Below are positions 50,246-64,000 of a stretch of DNA of 64,000 nucleotides, piece after piece. Within the stretch, counting starts at the first letter, position 1; each line of letters begins with the position of its first letter. A program made the translations under genes and the position numbers. Under the pieces are notes generated by a model, which did no database searches, was not told where the DNA came from, and saw nothing but the letters and a program-made list of their open reading frames with translations. Location: positions 1 through 64,000 of the forward strand of contig NIVC01002057.1 in the NCBI GenBank assembly GCA_002269645.1, read 5' to 3'. Origin of the DNA: Macrostomum lignano (Eukaryota).

Positions 50246-50769
50246 ACCGGTCATATGGCCCCGATGACGACATGCCCGTGTGAAAGGCATTTGGCAATTC
50301 AACCGATAATTGAGTCGATAATTGGCTAATGTAAATGAGTCGATAATTAATTAAGTGATTGTCAAATAGAGTCAATAATTGGCTCTAAAATTGAGTCGAT
50401 AATTGGCTCTAAAATTGAGTCGATAATTGCTATAAAATTAAGAAGATAATTGGCTCTAAAGTTGAGTCGAAATTTGATGTTGCGACTAAATCAATGAGAG
50501 AATATTACATACAAAATCGAAATAGTTTTTTTTATTTTTAAACTAATATTTACTGAATTTTAATGAATATTAATGGATTAATGAATGATATATTGCCCTA
50601 CACAATTGGCTGGTTGGAATAACTGGTTGTGGCGCAATCTAATTAATCATATTTTGCTGTACAATATTATTAATAATAGTCGCACAAATTATAATAAATT
50701 TTGCTTTTTCTGTACAATAATCACTTATAAATTGAGATTATTTTGCTTAATATTCTCAGACGGGTTTTT

Positions 50770-52680
50770 AGGTGTGGCATACTGAGAGACAGGGTGTGGG
50801 ATGCTAAGAGACAGAGTGTGGGATACTGAGAGACAGGGTGTGGGATACTGAGAGACAGGGTGTGGGATGCTAAGAGACAGAGTGTGGGATACTGAGAGAC
50901 AGGGTGTGGGATACTGAGAGACAGGGTGTGGGATACTTAGAAACAGGGTGTGGCATACTGAAAGACAGGGTGTGGGATACTGAGAGACAGGGTGTGGGAT
51001 ACTGAGAGACAGGGTGTGGGATACTGAGAGACAGGGTGTGGGATACTGAGAGACAGGCTGTGGGATACTGAGAGACAGGGTGTGGGATACTTAGAGACAG
51101 GGTGTGGGATACTGAGAGACAGGGTGTGGGATACTGAGAGACAGGCTGTGGGATACTGAGAGACAGGGTGTGGGATACTTAGAAACAGGGTGTGGGATAC
51201 TTAGAAACAGGGTGTGGCATACTGAGAGACAGGGTGTGGGATACTGAGAGACAGGGTGTGGGATACTTAGAAACAGAGTGTGGCATACTGAGAGACAGGG
51301 TGTGGGATACTTAGAAACAGGGTGTGGCATACTGAAAGACAGGATGTGGGATACTGAGAGACAGTGTGTGGCATTCTGAGAGACAGTGTGTGGCATTCTG
51401 AGAGATAGGGTGTGGGATGTGGGATACTGAGAAACAGAGTGTGGGATACTGAGAGATAGGATGTTGGATACTGAGAGACAGGGTGTGGGATGCTAAGAGA
51501 CAGGGTGTGGGATACTGAGAGACAGGGTGTGGGATGCTAAGAGACAGAGTGTGGGATACTGAGAGACAGGGTGTGGCATACTGAGAGACAGGGTGTGGGA
51601 TACTGAGAGACAGGGTGTGGGATACTTAGAAACAGAGTGTGGCATACTGAGAAACAGGGTGTGGCATACTGAAAGACAGGGTGTGGCATACTGAAAGACA
51701 GGATGTGGGATACTGAGAGACAGTGTGTGGCATTCTGAGAGACAGGGTGTGGGATGTGGGATACTGAGAAACAGAGTGTGGGATACTGAGAGATAGGATG
51801 TTGGATACTGAGAGACAGGGTGTGGGATGCTAAGAGACAGGGTGTGGGATACTGAGAGACAGGGTGTGGGATGCTAAGAGACAGAGTGTGGGATACTGAG
51901 AGACAGGGTGTGGGATACTGAGAGACAGGTGTGGCATACTGAGAGACAGGGTGTGGCATACTGAGAGACAGGGTGTGGGATACTGAGAGACAGGTGTGGC
52001 ATACTGAGAGACAGAGTGTGGCATACTGAGAGACAGGTGTGGCATACTGAGAGACAGAGTGTGGCATACTGAGAGACAGGGTGTGGGATACTTAGAAACA
52101 GGGTGTGGGATACTGAGAGAACAGGATGTGGGATACTGAGAGACAAGGTGTTGGATTCTGAGAGACAGGGTGTGGGATACTGAGAGACAGGCTATGGGAT
52201 ACTGAGAAACAGGATGTGGGATACTGAGAGACAGGGTGTGGGATACTGAGAGACAGGATGTGGGATACTGAGAGACAGGTGTGGGATACTGAGAGACAGG
52301 CTGTGGGATACTGAGAGACAGGGTGTGGGATACTGAGAGACAGGCTGTGGGATACTGAGAGACAGGGTGTGGGATACTGAGAGACAGGGTGTGGGATACT
52401 GAGAGACAGGGTGTGGGATACTGAGAAACAGGATGTGGGATACTGAGAGACAGGGTGTGGGATACTGAGAGACAGGGTGTGGGATACTGAGAGACAGGGT
52501 GTGGGATACTGAGAGACAGGGTGTGGGATACTGAGAGACAGGCTGTGGGATACTGAGAGACAGGGTGTGGGATACTTAGAAACAGGGTGTGGGATACTGA
52601 GAGACAGGTGTGGCATACTGAGAGACAGAGTGTGGGATACTGAGAGACAGGGTGTGGGATACTGAGAGACAGGGTGTGGT
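50770..52680. repeat. 22-bp minisatellite
   Basis: Unit GGGATACTGAGAGACAGGGTGT. Confidence 0.95.
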
Positions 52681-53104
52681 ATCTGAGTTTAGATCTTATT
52701 TTCTTCCTCTCTTGACTTTTTCGTTCTCAACGCCGATTACCAAGGCTGCTCTGCAAAGCCACTTTGCCATGCTATCAAATGAGAACTGAGGGATTCACTA
52801 ACCAGACAACCCGCGGACTCAACCTCTCACAGTCTGCTTCACTTGATCTCTCCCACTTTTCCCACTTTACTTCCTGTCATCCCCTTCGTGCTGCTACCCT
52901 AAGCCGGTAGCCACTGTGGGAATTGGGAAGCAACTGTAGACCGAAATTTAGCCCCAGGAAAGTGGGGTTGACTTTGGGGCTTGGGATTGGGAAAAGAGTC
53001 AGATCAGGTTTAAGCGGGATTCGCTGGCTTGGGCCTAAGCTGATGAGTGCACTCAGGGCTTTTGTAGCTAAGAATGGCCTGCTTTTAAGCTGTCCACCGC
53101 TTGC

Positions 53105-53470
<366 letters not shown>

Positions 53471-53799
53471 ACAGTTGTTAATCTGGCTCGAAGAAGTTTT
53501 TGCCAGAATATTTTTGCCCCCCCCCCCGATCTTATTTCATCCAGCTGAGCAGAAAATGAACCCCAGCTGCAGAAGCAATTTTTAAGACGAAAAATTCCCC
53601 CGACAGAGAGTGAAGTGAGGCTGCTGGCCTCAGCGTACTCATATTATGTTAAAACGCTTGTGTGTATATAAATTAATAGATATGGTGGCCTAAGCTATGA
53701 CTATAAGCTACACTATGAGCATAAAAACACTAGAAATAGTGGAAACCGGCACATATTTGACACTTTTATTATGTACAAGCTCACTTACATGTAGCTGGC

Positions 53800-54230
53800 C
53801 TACTCATCTGACATACTCATCTGACATACTCATCTGACATACTCATCTGACATACTCATCTGACATACTCATCTGACATACTCATCTGACATACTCATCT
53901 GACATACTCATCTGACATACTCATCTGACATACTCATCTGACATACTCATCTGACATACTCATCTGACATACTCATCTGACATACTCATCTGACATACTC
54001 ATCTGACATACTCATCTGACATACTCATCTGACATACTCATCTGACATACTCATCTGACATACTCATCTGACATACTCATCTGACATACTCATCTGACAT
54101 ACTCATCTGACCTACTTATCGTGAGACCTGCACAAGACCTGCACAAGACCTGCACAAGACCTGCACAAGACCTGCACAAGACCTGCACAAGACCTGCACA
54201 AGACCTGCACAAGACCTGCACAAGACCTGC
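53800..54230. repeat. Near-perfect 13-bp (ACTCATCTGACAT) array followed by an 11-bp (GACCTGCACAA) array
   Basis: 53800-54112 and 54124-54230. Confidence 0.95.
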
Positions 54231-55064
54231 CACCCTAGCACCTGTGAGCCCGGCCTCATGGGGGTGAATCTTGTGCGAGAAGCTACAGGTAAAATTAGGT
54301 CAGATGAGTACTTCCTAGAATAGATGCTAGAATGAACTTCAGTTTAAGAGGAGGCGGCTTGGCAACAGCGAAAGTTTTAATCGATCTCCATAAATTAGGA
54401 TGCCGAAACAGAACGCCCAATGGCTTTTAAAATATGCATGACTGGGCCGGTCTCCATTCCAGACTCTCTTTAAGATCTGGGAGTCCCCGGCCCGCCCCAG
54501 GCGTGATCTAAGCCAGAGCCCACTTGCAGGTGACGGGCGAGCAGAGAGAGAGAAAGAGAGTGAGGTGGGGAATCGGTGATGGGACCTGTCAATAGTCTTC
54601 CCAATATCGCCGCTGGCCTGGGTGTTATACTCATATAGAAAGAGGAGAAACTCCACCCACTCAACGTCAGATAGTAACCCCCCCCCCCTATACTGCAGCC
54701 AATAGTCATAGCAACTTGCAATTACTAAAGAACAGGAGACCACAGGTCCCTGAGCAACTTGTAAATTGTAGTAGAAATTGAGGGATGCTGTGGTTAGGGT
54801 CCCGGCTGGAATGACAGCAAGATTGGTTCAAGTGGAACTAACACTCCGACTTGTTCACTTCGACATCGAATTGGCTACGAGTATTTAATCGCATGTCTGG
54901 TGTACGGAGAGACGGAAGATAAAGTTGAAGCCCTGTTGGCCATAGTATTGAATGACTGCGGCTTCAACGGTGCTCAGCAGGTGCTTCAGGGAACTGATAT
55001 AATTGAATACTTTGTGATGATGCGCTAATGTTGACTCTGGCTGCTGGCATTTGCCTGAGCGCTT

Positions 55065-55542
55065 GCGCCAGTGCCCGTTTGTGCCAGTGCCCGTTTGTGC
55101 CAGTGCCCGTTTGTGCCAGTGCCCGCTTGTGCCAGTGCCCGCTTGTGCCAGTGCCCGCTTGTGCCAGTGCCCGCTTGTGCCAGTGCCCGCTTGTGCCAGT
55201 GCCCGCTTGTGCCAGTGCCCGATTGTGCCAGTGCCCGCTTGTGCCAGTGCCCGCTTGTGCCAGTGCCCGCTTGTGGCAGTGCCCGTTTGTGCCAGTGCCC
55301 GCTTGTGCCAGTGCCCGCTTGTGCCAGTGCCCGCTTGTGCCAGTGCCCGCTTGTGCCAGTGCCCGCTTGTGCCAGTGCCCGATTGTGCCAGTGCCCGCTT
55401 GTGCCAGTGCCCGCTTGTGCCAGTGCCCGCTTGTGCCAGTGCCCGTTTGTGCCAGTGCCCGCTTGTGCCAGTGCCCGCTTGTGCCAGTGCCCGCTTGTGC
55501 CAGTGCCCGCTTGTGCCAGTGCCCGCTTGTGCCAGTGCCCGC
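55065..55542. repeat. 16-bp TTGTGCCAGTGCCCGC array
   Basis: Direct observation. Confidence 0.95.
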
Positions 55543-55916
55543 TAATGCTATCCCATAATCCCGAAGCTTCAGCTGTTCTGTGCGAGCGCTAGCATTTCTA
55601 TTTGTATCTTTCTCCTTTGTCTGGGATTTGAGTGCTTGGAAGCCCTTCGGGTTAATATTGGCCTCCCTGGGAGGATTACGGTGCAGATTGACAGGTGTAC
55701 TTTTTCGATTGCTTGCTCTACAGGAGGGTTGCAGGCACCTGAAACTGAAGTGCGTGGGCTGGTTTGACGCGCGAAAATACTTCAGTTTTCTTGTCTCCAT
55801 CCTCCCAGTGAAGTATTTGTCTTTCTCGAAAAATTTGCCTGCTCAGAAAGCCGTCACGTGTGCTTTTGGCATTGGGTGGGATATAGTCTAAATAAGCTTT
55901 CTATCTATCCACCTTT

Positions 55917-57116
<1,200 letters not shown>

Positions 57117-57619
57117 TCCATGGCTTCCCCACTCACTCAGAATGTGCAGGGCTGATACTGTCCATGGCTTTTTTGTACTATTTTCCTGGCCTGAAGTAAT
57201 CTTTCTACACCCTAAGAAAAAACAAGCTTAGCAACTGCACCTACAATTTCCTGAGCTAATTAGCAGTTTATAAAGTCATGCGTGATGCCAACGACCGGTC
57301 TACATGCACAGCAGAAGAAGGCACAATGGCAACGTTTTTTTCCCTGCTCTCCCTCTTTTTCGCCCCCCTCACCTACCCCATATTTTCTGGCAACTTTACA
57401 GCTGAAGTGCGTCACGCTCTGGGAGATAAAAGCCACTACAATACATCGCAAAAATGATAATTGTTGGAGAAACGCCCACATTAAGTCTGACGCTCAGAGT
57501 GAGATGGGGACAGGTGAGAGCGTACATGCGGATATCAAATTTATTGGAAGCATTAGTGAGTGAAAAGCTTTCTGGCACAGCTTAAAATCTTCAGCTCAAT
57601 TAATGCACTAAGTTTCCAT

Positions 57620-58088
<469 letters not shown>

Positions 58089-58709
58089 TGGGTTTATTGT
58101 TCCGAACGTGAACTGAATGCTTTCAGCACTGGGGAAGGCAACAGCCCTTGAAGTGGAGGATGTGGCTCGCAATGGTGATCATGGGATAGAAAAAGTAGAT
58201 TAGAACGAAAGAGGGAGATAGTAAAATAAAGAATGAAGTGTAGAGTAGAGAAGTTAGAGCAAAGAGTAGAAGGGGGACAATAGAGAGGAGAGAGTAGAAT
58301 GGACAGGGTAGGGTGAAGAGTAGGTAAAGAAGGCAACTCATCTGAGAACAGGCTTTTAACTGGGTCACAATACTTTTACAACGAATTTGCAGTTTTATTC
58401 AAATGAAATAAGTCATCTGTACCACCATTGCAGCAGAACAGATTTTAATAAACAATAATCGCATTTTAACAAAGAGTTTTCACTAAATTCCACATCTAAA
58501 GTTGAGATTCCAGAAACTAATGAATTTAATGAATCGTAATTTTACCAGTCAGCGAAAATATCAAATCCACCTGACAACAAACGTGGTTTATACGAGTTGA
58601 AAAATTGATTTCTTGTCTTCGGATAATCCTACGGTCTTTGTTATAAACACATAGGATTAAACGGGTTCCGCTGATGCTAGATAAGGCTCCAACGCAAGAG
58701 TCAAACTGC

Positions 58710-60420
58710 TTGTTAGACACAGGCGCTAAACTGTTTACTGGCGCGCTAATCTGTTAGACACAGGCGCTAAACTGTTAGACACTGGCGCTAAACTGTTGGA
58801 CACTGGCGCTAAACTGTTGGACACTGGCGCTAAACTGTTAGACACTGGAGCGCTAAACTGTTAGACACAGGCGCTAAACTGTTAGACACTGGCGCTAAAC
58901 TGTTGGACACTGGCGCTAAACTGTTGGACACTGGCGCTAAACTGTTTGACACTGGCGCTAATCTGTTAGATACTGGCGCTAATCTGTTAGACACTGGCGC
59001 GCTAAACTGTTAGACACTTACGCTAAACTGTTGGACACTGGCGCTAAACTGTTAGACACTGGCGCGCTAAACTGTTAGACACTGGCGCTTAACTGTTAGA
59101 CACTGGCACGCTAAGCTGTTAGACACTGGCGCTAAGCTGTTAGACACTGGCGCTAAACTGTTAGACACTGGAGCGCTAAACTGTTAGACACTGGCGCGCT
59201 AAACTGTTAGACACTGGCACGCTAAGCTGTTAGACACTGGCACGCTAAACTGTTAGGCACTGGAGCGCTAAACTGTTAGACACTGGCGCTAAACTGTTAG
59301 ACACAGGCGCTTAACTGTTAGACACTGGCGCTAAACTGTCAGACACTGGAGCGCTAAACTGTTAGACACTGGAGCGCTAAACTGTTAGACACAGGCGCTA
59401 AACTGTTAGACACTGGCGCTAAGCTGTTAGACACTGGCGCTAATCTGTTAGATACTGGCGCTAATCTGTTGGACACTGGCGCTAAACTGTTGGACACTGG
59501 CGCTAAACTGTTAGGCACTGGAGCGCTAAACTGTTAGACACTGGCGCTAAACTGTTAGACACAGGCGCTTAACTGTTAGACACTGGCGCTAAACTGTCAG
59601 ACACTGGAGCGCTAAACTGTTAGACACTGGAGCGCTAAACTGTTAGACACTGGCGCTAAACTGTTAGACACAGGCGCTTAACTGTTAGACACTGGCGCTA
59701 AACTGTCAGACACTGGAGCGCTAAACTGTTAGACACTGGAGCGCTAAACTGTTAGACACAGGCGCTAAACTGTTAGACACTGGCGCTAAGCTGTTAGACA
59801 CTGGCGCTAATCTGTTAGATACTGGCGCTAATCTGTTGGACACTGGCGCTAAACTGTTAGACACTGGCGCTAAACTGTTAGACACTGGCGCTAAACTGTT
59901 AGACACTGGCGCTAAACTGTTAGACACTGGCGCTAAACTGTTAGACACTGGCGCTAAACTGTTAGACACTGGCGCGCTAAACTGTTAGACACTGGCGCTA
60001 AACTGTTAGACACAGGCGCTAAACTGTTAGACACTGGCGCGCTAAACTGTTAGACACTGGCACGCTAAGCTGTTAGACACTGGCACGCTAAACTGTTAGA
60101 CACTGGCGCTAAGCTGTTAGACACTGGCACGCTAAGCTGTTAGACACTGAAGCGCTAAACTGTTAGACACTGGCGCTAAACTGTTAGACACAGGCGCTTA
60201 ACTGTTAGACACTGGCACGCTAAGCTGTTAGACACTGGCACGCTAAACTGTTAGACACTGGCGCTAAGCTGTTAGACACTGGCGCTAAGCTGTTAGACAC
60301 TGGCGCTAAACTGTTAGACACATGCGCTAATCTGTTAGACGCAGGCGCTAATCTGTTAGACACTGGCGCTATACTGTTAGACACTGGAGCGCTAAGCTGT
60401 TAGACACTGGCGCTAAACTG

Positions 60421-60430
<10 letters not shown>
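58710..60430. repeat. 21-bp minisatellite
   Basis: Unit CTGTTAGACACTGGCGCTAAA. Confidence 0.95.
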
Positions 60431-62250
<1,820 letters not shown>

Positions 62251-62483
62251 CCCTTGAAAATTGAATTTCGTTTTTAAGCAGAATAAACTTTTTTCTCCGA
62301 AACTGGTCCGAGCCGCCTCTCCGCGACCTCTCCTCATCCCTTTTGTTGACTGTGCCGGCCAATGGGATGCTGGGGATCTGCGGACCAATGCGATCCTCCT
62401 TGACTTGTGACGGCTCAGATAGCCTGTCTCTCTCCTATCTCCCTGCTATCGAAACTTTTCTTCCAGTAGCGCGAGCCTCCTGC

Positions 62484-63391
<908 letters not shown>

Positions 63392-63779
63392 CAATTTCAT
63401 CGACCCAAATCCCATGGCCTGAGCACGCATACTCAAGCGTATACACTATGTAGCTCCAGATCAATGCTTGTCCCAGGGCATCACAATCGAAAATGTTTTA
63501 GTTTAACCAGTTCAAAGTAGCTGGCATTTCTTTTACACAGAACAGCTGAGACCCCTCACTCCTTCGGTGGCTGTACTTTTAATCCAAGCGCCAGCCAGCA
63601 CTTGAATCGAATTGATTGGCACCGGACCCGCATCGATTGGAGATGAAAAAAGGCCCAGTGAAGGATGCCAATTTGAATTGCTGTTGTGCGAGAATGCGGG
63701 CAGAACACTGGAGAGTAGCGTTTTCTTACAGCCTCTTCGCCCCACTGGAGGGCCTCCGTGTCTCCTGCCCTTTACATCT

Positions 63780-64000
63780 CTGCCTCATATCTGCCTCATC
63801 TCTGCCTCATCTCTGCCTCATCTCTGCCTCATCTCTGCCTCATATCTGCCTCATCTCTGCCTCATCTCTGCCTCATCTCTGCCTCATCTCTGTCTCATCT
63901 CTGCCTCATCTTTGTCTCATTTCTGCCTCATCTCTGCCTCATCTCTGTCTCATCTCTGCCTCATCTCTGTCTCATCTCTGCCTCATCTCTGCCCCACCTC
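63780..64000. repeat. 11-bp CTGCCTCATCT array (runs off the window end)
   Basis: Direct observation. Confidence 0.9.

Noticed and set aside
53038-53060. Hammerhead ribozyme core (CTGATGAG..)
   Set aside because: No GAAA core follows stem II and stems I and III cannot be formed.

Overview
Eukaryotic (metazoan) genomic DNA with GC-rich exons and introns filled with tandem repeats. The style suggests a free-living flatworm such as Macrostomum, but that is inference only. Five spliced protein-coding genes could be rebuilt by hand from GT-AG junctions with consistent phases: (1) molybdenum cofactor sulfurase MOCOS (minus, 476-5731, 7 exons, with an apparent 1-nt frameshift in exon 6); (2) an extended synaptotagmin (minus, 10322-17646, SMP + 3 C2 domains); (3) a p75NTR/NRADD-like single-pass death-domain protein with no visible cysteine-rich ectodomain (plus, 29880-34141); (4) an animal-type ammonium transporter Amt (plus, 36212-50245, 9 exons); (5) a divergent class A peptide-type GPCR (minus, 60421-62250). 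Between ESYT and MOCOS lies an orphan, Met-less C2-domain exon (7233-7724) paralogous to the last C2 of ESYT. Also present: a tRNA-headed CORE-like SINE, several MITEs, a retroposon insert with a 27-bp target duplication, about 40 mini/microsatellite arrays (22 of 23 reconstructed introns carry one), and a ~3-kb CpG-depleted, TAGGCCTA-rich domain upstream of ESYT. Most long ORFs in the supplied track are translations of repeats. All coordinates were counted by hand; repeat boundaries are approximate.
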